Shown here one piece after another: positions 40,333-54,107 of a stretch of DNA of 64,000 nucleotides (positions are counted from its first letter, which is position 1; the number at the start of each line of letters is the position of its first letter). This stretch comes from Ptychomitrium polyphyllum (Eukaryota). The notes under the pieces are model-generated. The model saw only the letters and a program-made list of their open reading frames with translations, had not been told where the DNA came from and did no database searches. The translations under genes were made by a program, and so were the position numbers. The DNA lies in contig OZ316775.1 in assembly GCA_973851085.1 (NCBI GenBank), forward strand, positions 8,928,001 to 8,992,000, read 5' to 3'.

Positions 40333-43300
40333 TAACACGGACACAGATCATGCAACATAGTCCTTAGAACATTCTAGAACCTTCTAGTATACTCAATAGC
40401 TTCTTAGAATACTTTTAAATGTCTCCATAGCCTTCCCATGTTCTTGAGAAGCTTCCTAGGAAAGTTCCTCCACCTTATGTAACTCCCTAGGAAGGTTCTA
40501 TCATCTTAGGTAACTTCCTAGGAAGGTTCCGCTACCTTAGGAAACTTCCAAGGAAGGTTCCATCATCTTAGAATACTTCCTAGGAAGGTTCCAACTCCTT
40601 GGAAGCCTCTTAGGAAGGTTCCAACATCTTAAGAAACTTCTTGGGAAGGTTTCCTAGACTTCCAAAACATTCTTAAGCCTTGTAGGAAGCTTCTTTAGAA
40701 GTATCCTAGAATATACAAACGTCATAGTATATATAGGAGGCAAGACAAGGTATTCCTTAGTCTTGCCAACACAAGTTGTGGACCATCTTGACTCCTGCCT
40801 TATTCTAGCCTTTCTATCAAGTTCTTCTTAATCATTAGCTCTTTGGAAGCTAATTCTTGGGAAACACTTCGTTTCTGCTTCTTGTTTCTTGTATCCCTAA
40901 TAGTTTGGCAAGACTACTCTTCATCTTTATTAGAGCTAAGGTTCTTAGAAGAAGATTGTGGATTACTCATCTTCTTAAAAATTCCATAGCGTCTTAGAGG
41001 TTGCAAATTACCCTCTTCTAAGCTGGCACCATAGAGTTGGTTTCTCCTTCTGGAACCAAGTATTACTTCTTTCAAAAAGTGTGGAGTACCCTCCATTAAA
41101 GGTACTTATAGTCTTTTTGTCTTTGTTAGTTTTAAGAAATAGATAACGTGCCTGGAACATCAGAGAATAGGTTTGCAACTATTGCAGACCTTCAAGAATT
41201 ATTAAACACAGTTTGAACGAAACTCGCCCGTTTTAATACCACCAACAATTTGGAGCAACACACTCGGCAAGCTGAAGAATACAATGGTGATATTCAAAGC
41301 CCAACTATCTTTTGGACCTATTTATAACTTATTACAAACTGAGTTGGCTGCCTTGAGAGATTATATTGATGAAAACCTCGGAAAGGGTTTCATTCAACAC
41401 TCTAAATCACCTACTGGAGCACCCATTTTATTTGTAAAGAAGAAAGATGGATCATTACGTATGTGCGTGGACTATCCAGGCCTCAACAAAGTAACAAAAA
41501 AGAATTGCTATCCACTACCATTAGTCTTAGGACTTCTACAACAACTTAGCCAAGCAAAGATATTCACCAAAATTGATCTTAGAAGAGCCTACAATCTTGT
41601 ACACATCAAAGAAGGAGACAAATGGAAGACAACTTTTTGATCTAGGTATGGTCATTTTGAATACAATGTCATGCCTTTTGGCCTTACTAATGCCCCCGCA
41701 GTCTTCCAACATATGATGAATGATATCTTCCATGAACATTTGGACGATTTTGTATTCATCTACTTAGATGACACTTTGATATCTTCAAAGGATGAACAAG
41801 ACCACAAATATCATGTGCGATTAGTCTTCAAAAAATTACGCCAACGAGGATTATATGCCAAATTGGGGAAGTGCATTTTCCATAAATCCTTGGTTGAATT
41901 TTTAGGCTACATTATTACTGAAGGAGAAATCCATATGGATAAAAAAAAAAACACTATCATAGAGTGGAGTACGCCAAAATCAATTCGAGATGTTCAATGC
42001 TTCTTGGGATTTACAAACTTCTACAGAATATTCATCAAAGATTATTCCAAGATTGCGGCACCATTAACACGTCTTATGGGAAAGCAAAAATTCATTTGAG
42101 ATGAAAAGGCGGAAAAAACATTTCAAAGTCTTAAGAAGTCATCCACGTTGGCTCCAATTTTTATTCATCCAAATCCATCAAAGCCATTTTATTTAAAAGC
42201 GGATTCCTCAGATTTTGCGCTTGGCTCAGTACTCTCATAATATGATGAAGCCGACAGATTTAACCCTCTTGCTCTTTGTTCAAGGAAGTTCTAGGCGGCA
42301 AAGATCAACTATGATATACATGATAAAGAACTACTTGCAATTGTGGATGCATTTGAAGAATGGCAATATTTATTGGAAGGAGCTCAACATAACATCACGA
42401 TATATACAGACCACAAGAACTTGGAGTATTTCATGAGTGCGCGTGTTTTGAATCGCCGTCAAGCAAGGTGGAGTATGTCGCTTTCCAGATTTAATTTTGT
42501 CATTACCTATCGATCTGGTACCTTACAAGGTAATTGAGATTCCTTATCTTGAAGATATTATTCAGCTCCTCAAACTGGAGATGATGTTTTGAATCAATAT
42601 AGGACTATTTTATTGAAGCCAGAGAACCTTCAATTGAAGGCAACAACTATTACTATAACATCCCATCTTGACAAAATTTGGAAGGCTTTGAAAAATGACA
42701 TCTTTGTTTCAAATATAAAGAAGCACCTCAAAGACAATGGAGATCCTTCAAATCATGAGGAGGACTTTGAATTCCAAGAAGGCCTACTTTATTATAAAGG
42801 ACTTTTGTACCTACCTCCAGGCCCTTTGCGGTTGAAGATCCTTCAAGCACGTCATGATTTTCTAGCAGCAGGACATTTTTGGATTCAATATAATAATAGA
42901 GTTGATTGCTAGAGACTATTAATGGCCATGAATGTGGAAGTACGTGAAGGACTTTGTTTGATTATGCGACACTTGTGCAAGAGCCAAGGTACCAAGGCAC
43001 CAACCTCATGGTCTCTTCCATCCACTTCCAATGCTAAAGGGCCCATGGTTGTCTTTATCAATGGATTTTATCATGGACCTTCCAAATTCCGATTCTAAGG
43101 ATTCTATTTTGGTAGTGGTGGATCGATTTACCAAAATAACACATTTCATTCCATGCAGTAAGACGGTAACGGGAGAAGAAACTGCTAAGTTGTTCCTAAA
43201 TCACGTCTACCGCATACATGGACTACCACATGATATTGTATCCGATCGAGGCCGCAGTTCATTTCCAACTTTTGGAAGGCTCTATTCCAGTTGTTGCGTG

Positions 43301-45347
43301 TAAAGATCAATCTTTCTTCAATACACCATCCGTACACTGATGGGCAAACCAAATGTGTATATCAAATTTTAAAGCAGTACCTTTGTTGTAGCATAAACTA
43401 TCAGCAAAACAACTGGATGGACCTCTTGCCTTTGGCAGAATTTACTTTCAACAATATGGTGCATTCTTTAACAATTCAAAGTTCATTCTTTACAAACTAT
43501 GGCCATCATCCTTGAGCAGATCCATTTCAAGTGAAGCATATTGGAAGTCCTGCAACAGAGGATTTTGTAATTCAACTTGCTAAAATCCATCAAGAAATTG
43601 CTTTCCAATTACAACAAGCTAAAGATTGTTACAAATCTTATGCAAATCGGCATCTGAAAGACCATCCAAAGTTCAAGGTTGGAGATAGCGTATGGCTCCT
43701 ATGACAAAATATACAAACAAAAAGACCATCAAAGAAGTAGGTCTATTAAAGGTTGGGACCGTTTTAAAATAGAAAATAGATAAATTTGGTTAGTTATTAC
43801 CTAAAGGTACTACCAAGCATGCAAATTCATTCAGTATTTCACGACTCGTTGTTAGAAAACCTATAACAAATCATGTATACCAGAGAGAATTGTCTCTCTG
43901 CCTCCTTCGTTGCAAATCAATAATGAAATGGAATATGAAGTGGAAGAGATCTTAGATTCACGCATAAAGAACGGACGTGTGGAGCACCTTATACATTGGC
44001 AAGGATATGGCATCAATGACCAAAAATGGGAACCTTTAATGAATGTAACAAATGCATCCAAGAAGATACGCAAATTTCATCAAAAATATCCTCAGAAATC
44101 AGGTCAGTGATGATGTGTCATCAGTAGCTATTAGCTTCATAGAGAAGTTTTTTCTTCATAGACAAGTTTAATAAAGGGAGGAGAGATATCCAAACTTCTA
44201 ATTGTATGCAGCATTATATCCAAGATAGATTATTTCTGGATCCTAGTTAGTATGTCAAATCTTTGTGTTATCATGAATATGCGTAAACAGCGGTCGGCCA
44301 TGCCTTCATCAATAACAGCATCTGTTGAGCCAACTCAACTTTTTCAGTCGTTTATATAAGAGGATCTAAGCCAAGATATGAGAGGGACATTCCAACATCG
44401 AGTATGACCTCGTGCAAAAGTATTGGCTAGCTGCCCTTCACATTCCAGTCTTGATTCAGATGCTCGCGCTCTAGTCATCTTATTAGAAATTGGAAGAGTC
44501 ACTCCTGGAGGACCCAAAATCTTGTTTGGAGGATGTTTTGAAGGACTTAATCAAGATCAGATCTTCGGATGGAACATTTCAACAATAGAAGTCTTGACTG
44601 GTGGTCATCGGCGCTTCTTGCAAGGACTAATTGAACCAGTGAATAAAGAATAACGAGCAGAGAATGTTGATTCACTCCTTTGACAAATTTTGGAATTTGT
44701 TGAAATGTGACAAGCAAGCCAAGAAAAGAGCTCCTCATGGAACTTGTTGCTAAATGGGGAAGTGATGTCACGGACATGGATCATGCAACATAGTCCTTAG
44801 AACATTCTAAAACCTTCTCGTATACTACAATAGCTTTTTAAAATGCTTTTAAATGTCTCCATAGCCTTTATATATTCTTAGGAAGCTTCTTAGGAAAGTT
44901 CTATCATCTTAGGTAATTTCTGAGGAAACTTCCTATGAAGATTCCATCACCTTAGGAAACTTCCTAGGAAGGTTCTATCATCTTAGGAAACTTTCTAGGA
45001 AAATTCTACCCCTTTAGAAACTTTCTAAGAAGGTTCCGCTACCTTAGGAAACTTCCAAGGAAGGTTCCAACATCTTAAGAAACTTCTTAGGAAGGTTCTT
45101 AAGACTTTCAGAACATTCTTAAGCCTTATAGGAAGCTTCTTTAGAAGTATTCTAGGAGATACAAACGTCATAGTATAAATAGCAGGTAAGGCAAGGTATT
45201 CCTTAAGTTGTCAACACAAGCTGTAGATCATCTTGAATCCCGCCTTGTTCTAGTCATTGTATCAAATTCTTGTTAATCATTAGCTCTTTGGAAGCTAATT
45301 CTTGGAAAACACTTCGTTTCTGCTTTTTGTTTCTTGTGTCCCTAACA
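40333..45347 (+). mobile_element. Nested Ty3/Gypsy chromovirus (element B), most of gag and protease deleted, inserted in the pol linker of element A
   Basis: LTRs 40333-40902 and 44766-45347; TSD CTAAG at 40328-40332 and 45348-45352; PPT AAATGGGGAAGTGA before 44766. RT (MPFGLTNAPAVFQ, YLDD) 41290-42100, RNaseH 42180-42540, integrase (SMDFI, VVVDRFTK) 42900-43520, chromodomain EYEVEEILDSR..HWQGY..WEP 43925-44110. Confidence 0.93.
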
Positions 45348-45349
45348 CT

Positions 45350-48300
45350 AAGCCTACAGAGGAAGCTAAAGCATTTTATAGATCTAAAAAGCCTCTCTTC
45401 ATTGGAGCTAAAGCATTTATAAGAGGAGCAAAGATTGGTGTTTATTTTGCTATGTATGCAATTCCAACGTCCAAAGTTGTGGCTTCATCCTTAATCATTT
45501 CAGAAAGGTATAAGTAGTTCAACGATGTATTTGAAAAGAAGAATGTAGACACCCTACCAGAACATCATTCTTACAATTGTGCCATAGACTTCCAAGACGG
45601 TTCCCAGCCACCATTTGGACCTATTTATAATTTATTCCAAAATGAACTTTCATCATTAAAGAAATATATTTGAATAATACTAAGCCAAGAATTTCATTTG
45701 ACATTCAAAGTTTCTTGTTGGTGCTCTGATACTTTTTGTAAAGAAGAAAGATGGATCCTTACGAATGTGTGTCAATTACCGCAGCCTCAATAAAATGACA
45801 ATGAAAAACCGAAATTCATTGTTGTTGATATCTGGACTTTTTAAACAACTTGGTCAAGCAAAGATCTATGTCAAAATAGACCTACAAGAAGCCTATAATT
45901 TGGTACGCATTAAAGAAGGAGACAAACAGAAAACAACTTTTTGAACAAGATATGGACATTTTGAATATAGTGTCATGCCTTTTGGACTTACCAATGCACC
46001 CGCCATTTTTTAGCACTTGGTGAATGATATATTTTGGAAGTACCTCAATGATTTTGTCGTATGTTATTTAGATGATATCTTGGTCTATTCAAAGAACTTA
46101 GATAAACATGAACGATATATCTGCATAGTCCTACAAAAGCTACAAGATGTCGGTTTGTATGCCAAGCTTTAGAAATGTGTATTTCACGAACCTCAAGTAG
46201 AATTCCTTACATACATCATATTCAAAAAAGGACCATTGATGGATCCAAAGAAGGTCAAAGCAATCATTGATTGGACGAGGCTAAAATCGGTACGTAATGT
46301 TCAATGTTTTTTTGGATTTGCAAACTTCTATAGGATCTTCATCAAGGACTTTTCTCAAACAGCTGCACCACTCATGCAACTAACATGCAAGGAAAAGCTT
46401 GAGTGGAGATCTGATGTTGAGGATGCATTCTAAAGTTTGAAAGAAGCTTTCACAACAAGTCATATTCTGGTCCATCCGGGCTTTTTAAAGCAATTTTATC
46501 TTGAAACAAATGCTTCCGAATTTGCATTAAGAACTATTTAGTTACAAACAAAAGGATCATGGAGACTCTATTCGATTGCGTTCCATTCCAAAAACTTTTT
46601 TGCCATAGAATTCAATTACAAGATCCACAACAAGGAATTCCTTGCAATTGTGGATTCCTTCCAAAAATGGCGTCACTTGCTTGAGGGTGCCATGCATCCA
46701 ATTATTATAAATATAGACTACAAGAACTTGGTATATTTCATGCCAACCTGTGCTTTAAATCACCGCAAAGCCTGTAGTATGTTTCTATTTTGATTTGATT
46801 TTTGCAGCACATATTGACTTGAAAAACACCAAGGGCTGTCACATACTTTGTCAAGGCAATTATATCTTGCGCTAAAGGAGGGAGAGGCAGCATACAATCA
46901 ACAACAAGCGACTTTGTTGAAATCCAAAAAAAATTGTGTATGCACAACCACCATTTCAATTTTGATTGATTCATTGTTCTTTGACTAGGTTTGTATGGCA
47001 TCTACTGAGGACCCTCTTATTTTTAATATTAAGCATAATTCCAACAATCTCCCTAAAGATGTATCTAAGTTCAAATTAGGAGACAACTTTCTCTATTCTG
47101 AAAAATATTTATATATTCTTGAAGGACCAGTTTACTTTTGTATACTTCAAATATATCATGACTTTCCTGCAACTGAACATTTTGAATTCAACAAAACCTT
47201 GGAACTCCTCTCTTCAAAATTTTGGTGGCCTCAAATGTGGAAAGCTGTGAAGGATTTTGTATCCTTATGTGATACCTGAACTTGATTGAAGAACCCTTGA
47301 TATCGTCCATATAGACTTCTCCAACCACTGCCTATTTGAAGGCAACCGTGGTCATCTGTTTCAATGGATTTCATCACAAATCTAATACTATCAAATTCTT
47401 TTTATATTATCACGAACATAAATCATACAACATAATCTTTAGAACATTTTAGAACCTTCTGGTATATTATGGTAGCTTCTTAGAATACTTTTAAATGTTT
47501 CCATAGCCTTTTCATATTCTTAGAAAGCTTCCTACAAAAGTTCCTCCACCTCAAGAAACTTCCTAGGAAGGTTCTATCTCCTTAAAAAACTTCTTAAGAA
47601 AGTTCCACTACTTTAGGAAATTTCCAAGGAAGGTTCTGCTACCTTAGAAAACTTCCAAGGAAGGTTCCAAATCCTTGAAGCTTCTTAGGAAGGTTCCAAC
47701 ATCTTAAAAAACTTCTTAGGAAGGTTCCTCAGACTTCTAGAACATTCTTAAGCCTTATAGGAAGCTTCTTTAGAAGTTTCCTAGGAAATACAAGCGTCAT
47801 AGTATAAATAGGAGACAAGACAAGGTATTCTTTAATTTTGCCAACACAAGTTGTTGATCATCTTAAATCCTGCCTTGTTCTAGTCTTTGTATCAAGTCTT
47901 TGTTAATCATTAGTTCTTTGAAAGCTAATTCTTGGAAAACACTTTGTTTCTGCTTCTTGTTTCTTGTATCCCTAATCAATTCCATCTTCATTGTGGTAGA
48001 CCGGTTGACTAAGATGGCACATTTTGTACCTTCTAAGAAAACAATTACAAGTGAAGAGATTGCCACATTCTTTATGGTTAATGTCTATTGCTACCATGGA
48101 TTACTTGACAATATTTGCTACAAGGATGGCAAAGCATGAAACAACCATGAAGACTCAATTAAAAGAAGCTCAAGAACAATATAAAATGGTAGTAGATGCA
48201 ATAAAAAAAGAACAACCTCCATTTCAAGTTGGTGAGAAGGAGTAGCTCTTTTGACGCAATATAAAGACAAATAGGCCATGTGACAAGCTGAACTATTGCA

Positions 48301-48680
48301 CATTGGAACCATTTGTAATAAAAAAATAAGCCAACCATATAGCATATTGTTTAGAACTAGTAACATCAATGAAAGTACATTCCGTCTTCCCCATTGCACT
48401 TTTGAAAACATATAAAGAATCAAGTATCCCTAGACAAAGGCAACTACCACTACTTGTGGTCAAAATCAACAATCATCATGAATTTGAAGTGAAAAAAATA
48501 TTTAATTCACGGATAAGATGTGAAAAGCTAGAATACTTGGTTTATTAGCGTGGATATGACATCAGTAAACGTATATAAGAGCCAGCTAAATTTTTTATAA
48601 ATTCATCAGTAAAAGTTTGTGAGTTTCATTGATAACATCCATCCAAACTAAAAGTAGCAGCACAAGGAACAATGGCTTGT
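45350..48680 (+). pseudogene. Remainder of element A pol (RT, RNaseH, integrase, chromodomain), heavily decayed
   Basis: Continues the linker broken at 40332 (KPLFIGAKAFIR). FGPIYNL, MPFGLTNAPA, YLDDI, SMDFI and VVDRLTKMAHF are recognisable through the stops; split by the solo LTR at 47408. Confidence 0.85.
47408..47978 (+). mobile_element. Solo LTR of the element-B family, inserted in the integrase of element A
   Basis: TATCACGAAC...CTTGTATCCCTAA is homologous end-to-end to 40333-40902 and 44766-45347. It interrupts SNSF|SIFIVVDRLTK. No clean TSD is visible. Confidence 0.85.
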
Positions 48681-49074
48681 TAAGATGCAAATACCATGCC
48701 AGTAATGTCAACTCAACCAAGTAGCTCTTGTCAACGACCTTATGATGAAGAACAGATTAGACCAAGAAGATGTCGAAGGATACCTAACAATAGGTCATTA
48801 GTGATTGTCTTTGAAGTGGAGCCAGCTTACAAAGATTATCCAAAAGCAATGTTTAAAGGTTATTTTCAAAACAAAGATACGGAAGCTCATACATGGTCCT
48901 AAGTGAAAGGCGTTGGACACAATTGGTGGTTATAAAAATCCATGAACTATTTGAATCATAAAAGGCAATTGGAGTATGATGCAGATAATATGCAACAAAT
49001 TTTTTATTTCTTACGACTTTAAGCACTTGTTATAATATGCTCCTTGGAGACCTTGGAGCTAGAAAGAGAGGTGA

Positions 49075-49498
49075 TGTCACGGACAAACATATTAGAAGCA
49101 TCTAAAAAGATTCTTATAAGGTTTTAGAAAGCTTCCAAGGAAGTTATTCTAGCTTTGAAAGTTTCCATGGAATTTACCTCGGCTTAGGAAGCTTCCAAGG
49201 AAGCAATTCAAGGTTGCTTGAGTACAAAGCTTTGTGGATCCTTGGAAGCCTTGGAAGCCTTGGAAGTTGTGGAAGCTTTCTTTTCAAGAGCTTCCAAGGC
49301 TTATAGTTCTAGTATATATAGGAGTTGAAGTTGGAGGAATTTTCAATTTCAACAACGCATCTCTAGTGGTTTAGCTCAGATCTTTTGGCCTTGTCTTTTA
49401 CCTTGTTATAGCTTTTTATCTACAACATACCTTGGACATATCTTGTTCTACATCTTGAAATCTTGAAGCCTTGTCTTGTAATTACTTTGTCTATAATG
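49075..49498 (+). repeat. 3' LTR of element A
   Basis: Starts TGTCACGGAC after the PPT and ends at the CTTAA TSD; contains CCTTGGAAG x3 at ~49240-49266. Confidence 0.88.
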
Positions 49499-52400
49499 CT
49501 TAATGAGTTATGTTTGAGCTTTTTATTATATGCTTTTCAAATAGCATTTCATATTTGATATTCTTCATATAACAACTAAAAAAGACACAAGCAACTTCTT
49601 TGTTTTTTTCCTTTGAATTAAAGAGTCTTTTATATGAAGATGGCTGTTATTTTCAACGTATAAATTTTATAATTTTGGAATTCAACAACTTAGTTGTTTT
49701 CCTACTTGAATTTTTTTAAAGATTTCTCTCTTTCACTCAAATCTAACCTTATCTTCTTTTTTCCTTCATCAAAGATTTATAATTACCTTCTAATCTTATT
49801 TCTTTCCATTGCCACAAAATAGTGTTCACTTAAAAACCAATTCTATTCTTGGAGCTTTGATACTAAATTACAAAGATATAATCATTAATACTCCTTATGC
49901 ATCTCAAAAAAAAGTAATTTTACATAAATATAATTATGTTTTAGGTACACAATGGAGTTAATATAATATAAGCAATAAATGGAACAAGATGCAAAAAGAC
50001 AATTTATAGTTTAAATTCAAGATTAATGTAAATTAATGAAGGCTAATTGAATTTAACTATCAACCATTTCCTTCAATAGCCCTCTCCACATTGTTAAATA
50101 AAATGTTTGCCTTCCATAAAATTCTAAATTTTTAGAATATGTTATAATGTATAAATATAAAACAATAAATAACTTGATTAAGATAAAATTGCTATATAGT
50201 AGGATTGTAGGTTTGCATAGTAATTTGTTGATGAAATTTATTTCAAATATATTATATTTATTAGATAAAATATTCATTTACCAAAAAAAACCTCAAAAAA
50301 TACAATTACTTTAAAAAACAAACAAATATTTTTAAATTTCTACAAAAAACCCTATTGTCTTGTCTAGTTTATTCCTATATTCACATACATCAGTTGAAAC
50401 TTCATTTAAAACTTCATTTATAACTATAATCTTGAAATAAAAATTTATACTAATTACAATTATATCAAAGATGTATGATTTCTTTTTTTGTCTTCCTAGT
50501 ATTTACATATAATAATGGAATATTTAATTGGAACTATTACATAATTTAATTTTTTAAATTTAATGAGATGATTTTATTATATTTTACTTATAACTTTGAA
50601 GATTTTTAAATTGGTTATGAAAATAATATATTATTATTCAAAAATAAACTTATATATAATTGCTGTTTTAAGGAAGTAAATAGTGTTTATATATTGTTGC
50701 AAGATGTTGTATAAAGCTTAAGTAATGATTTTTTGAAATGATTTAAAAATGTTCTAAGTCTGTATATTTTTATTAATAAATCAAAATTTTATAAAAATAG
50801 TGATGATATAACAATATATGAAATAAACATATTTTTAAATTATATTAAGCATAATCAGTTTTGGAATTTTTTAATTTTTTAATATGAATTTTTTTGCTTT
50901 TTTATTTTTTATACTCTTAGAATTCAAATTTTACAACAATTAGTTTAGAATTTAATCTAAATACTTAGTTTTAAGTATTTTAAATATAAATAATGGATTT
51001 TATTTGGAACTCACAAATCATTAAAAATTTTAAGATATAATAATTTTTTTTTAATTTTTAGAAATATTAATCATGTATATTTTCTTAAAGCTAATAGTTA
51101 CAATTTCTATAAAATAATTATTTTTAGTAGTTACAATCAATAAAGATAGAAAAGTATTTTTATCATTTTATAATGTTCTATGAATTGGCTATGAATTTTT
51201 GAAACACATTATTATAAAAGTACAATTATGTTAATAAACACAAAACACAGACATAAATAAATAAATGAAGTCATATTCCAAATAATTTTATTTACCAATC
51301 ACAAAGTTTCAAGCATCCTATCAAATACAAAGCTTTGTAAAAAAAATCATTACAAATTTATTTTAATGATTGTTTCTAACATACAAATGATTTAACATGT
51401 TAGATCATGAAAATAGCATTTATCCACCATTTGCATGTAATTGTTCTAAATTCTTTATTTCCACCTACTCTAATCAACTTCTATTTAATTGTAATGTTGG
51501 AATTGATAATGTCATGTCATTGTAGAAGTAATTATGCATTTGATTCATTTTTTGTTAGATGAACTTATGTATATAAAAACCATATTTATAAAAAATCCAA
51601 AATAATTACACTTGATCCAGTGTACTTTGAAATGGAATTCTTATAAACTAGTCTTCACATAAGTGAGTTTTTTTTAGGAAACAAAATATATATATTCTAA
51701 AATTAGTGCTAAAGAAACTATCCACCAATGATTAACTAATTTACCTAATCTTTAAGTTTTAACAATTGTTATGCATGATTTAACAAATTCTAAATTTAGA
51801 TTCTAAATTTATTTGTAAATGGGGGGCCACCATAATACTATTCTTAGAATTTTGTTATCATAGCTGTAAAGCATAACCTGAAATACAAGTTAACCATGAC
51901 AGTTCTTAAGACATCATAGTGTTTCAAATGAGTCGTGATTGTGTTTAAGACACTTTTACTCCTTAATCAACGAGTAGTCTAGAAAAATATTCAGTGAAAA
52001 TAGGGCAAGTTGCCTTAATATGTGGATGCTTCGGTGTGAAGGTCATGACTCATGAGGTGCTTCCAATGATTTACAGGGACGCTCATGCAGAGATTACGTG
52101 CATGTCACTTTAAGCTCGAATGTTGACTTTGAGCATGAGATGCAAGCCTCCACCGACCCTTTTTGAAACACTTGTCATGACCCACACTGAAAGCAGAGGT
52201 TGAAATCTGTTTGAGTGCATTATTAGGACCCTATATCACTTCATGTAATATATTCATGTCAAGCAGGTCTGTATGAACAGAATACTGGTTTGAAAGAGAC
52301 CTTCAATAATGTTGCCTTGCTGGCCCATACGTGAAAATTATATCACAAGATCACCATGACGAAGGTGCGAAGACCAACCTTTTTCGATGCATTCCAAAAT

Positions 52401-53749
52401 TTGAACAATTTTTTGAATTTAGACTTTCTGTCATAATGATCCGAAAGAAGGATATGTATATCATATAGGATACCCTGAAAGAAAGGTACACTATCCTTAG
52501 GACCCGCAGTAGTCACAACTAACTTATCACCTCAGCCCGAATTGCTGAAAACATGGAGGTCACTGGTCCTCAATCTGCTTATCACTAAAGCTTATCACAG
52601 TCCAGGTGGTTCAGTGGTTGTCGGTTAATAAGTAGCTAAAGTAGCGAGTGTGGGTGTGGGAGGGTCACGATGATGCATGAAAGTCTTCAACGGCGATTAC
52701 TAATCATGTAGCGTGCAACAGCTGTACGCGCTACGAATAATGTTACAAACCTTCTGCCTAACTTACCCACCCCCAAGCGGTGAGGAGGGAACAGCATAAA
52801 ACTCATGGGCCGCATGGCACCCGTTTTCTCACTTTGTATTCTTCTTCCGAGTTTGAAAGCCCTTTGAAACGAGCACACAGCTCTGCTGAATTTTCAACCA
52901 GATTACATGCCCTCAATTGACTTGTACGAAATGGATGCATCACAGACCATTTGGCTGACCGTGTTACAATACAAAACCACCTACAAAGTCCTACAAAGCC
53001 AAAAATGCCTACTACATTATAGAGCTTCCAGTACTTTGTGTTGTACTTTGGGCTCAAATTTTGGATTCAACGCTGATCTCGTAGCTGCGAAAGACTGCAG
53101 AACAGACACAGTAACGAAGAATCTTATACATGAGGAATAACCCAGCATCATCATGTTCCCAACCAGGGCTAACCGTAATAGAAAGTAAATCTTACCCAGG
53201 AAACAGATTCTTGAACATATTAGTCGAGACATAAGGGATTGGAATTACCTTGTGTTAGATGAGCCTGAGGTGATTAACTTGGAAGCTTGCGGCTAGACCA
53301 GTCGGTAAAAGATTATACTAAGTTCAACTAATAGAATGCATGCATTGTTCATATGGAATTTGGAATCAGGGTGGGGGATGAAACATGATGCGAGGAGGAC
53401 TGCGTCAACGGACGACCTCGAACCTTGACTCCGCGGTTGACAGCCAAGTCAAAGTAAGCATATGTCAAACGAAAAGATAAGTCGTGCATGAAAATTGGGA
53501 AATTATAGGAGGAAGTGGTGAAGGAATTTGGTTTCGAGCCATTATTGCCAGTTCCTCTGGGCAAGGGAACGAGGATGGACCTTTGTGGATTTGGATTAGG
53601 TGCCCTTCTTCAAAGTAATTCAAATCAGAAAGTATCTTTGCAAAGTTCCAAATCAGTCTGCAAGCAATGCACTCAGCTCTTGCTCCTTAGTGACATGTAT
53701 GTTGCTCTTGGAGAGTTAGGGCCTCTTTGCACTGCCCCCCAGAGGAGAC

Positions 53750-53965
53750 GCGAGAAACAACAAAATTTAATGCAAGATATAGTCATTTCAGGGAAAGGAC
53801 AGTTAATGAGAAAGATGGGAAAATATTCAAATAATGTTTAATGAAACGGGATTTCATCTATGAAGAAGCCTAAGAGCACTCCGAAATCTATCAATGGGAG
53901 AAGAATGTTTTGCAATAATTATTGTCATGTAGGTGATTGATTCATTTTCTCATCCAACTTCACCT
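53750..53965 (+). repeat. Diverged dispersed repeat, copy 1 (copy 2 at ~58765-58985)
   Basis: Colinear shared blocks TTTAATSCAAGA..TAGTC, AAGATGG, AAATAA..TTTAATGAAA, GCAATAATTATTGT..TAGG, ATCCA.CTTCA. Confidence 0.7.
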
Positions 53966-54107
53966 TAGAGAAGAATTTAAAATTTTTTACCAATTGTATT
54001 ACTAATATTCTCTAAATATGGCAAAAGTGTAATGCATTCTCAACTCACACACGATGGAAGGTGTAAGGAGACCTTAAGTGTAATGCATTGCATTAGAAGC
54101 CATACAA

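Larger units (their letters stand above)
38177..49498 (+). mobile_element. Outer Ty3/Gypsy chromovirus LTR retrotransposon (element A), decayed
   Basis: 5' LTR 38177-38628 (TGTCACGGAC...TAACA) and 3' LTR 49075-49498; TSD CTTAA at 38172-38176 and 49499-49503; PPT AGAAAGAGAGGTGA at 49061-49074. gag 38823-39890 with CLYCGKFGH knuckle; protease (ALIDS) ~39900-40330; RT/RNaseH/integrase 45350-48130; chromodomain relic ~48480-48640. Many stops and frameshifts. Confidence 0.93.

Noticed and set aside
49504..51900. Very AT-rich tracts (also ~4000-5900, 35650-38170, 57600-58750) and their short ORFs
   Set aside because: Low-complexity spacer or highly decayed TE DNA; no motif, terminus or coding signal I can support.
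52687..53841. Cluster of 60-108 aa ORFs upstream of the peroxidase
   Set aside because: No recognisable domain or consistent splice model; mostly non-ATG starts.
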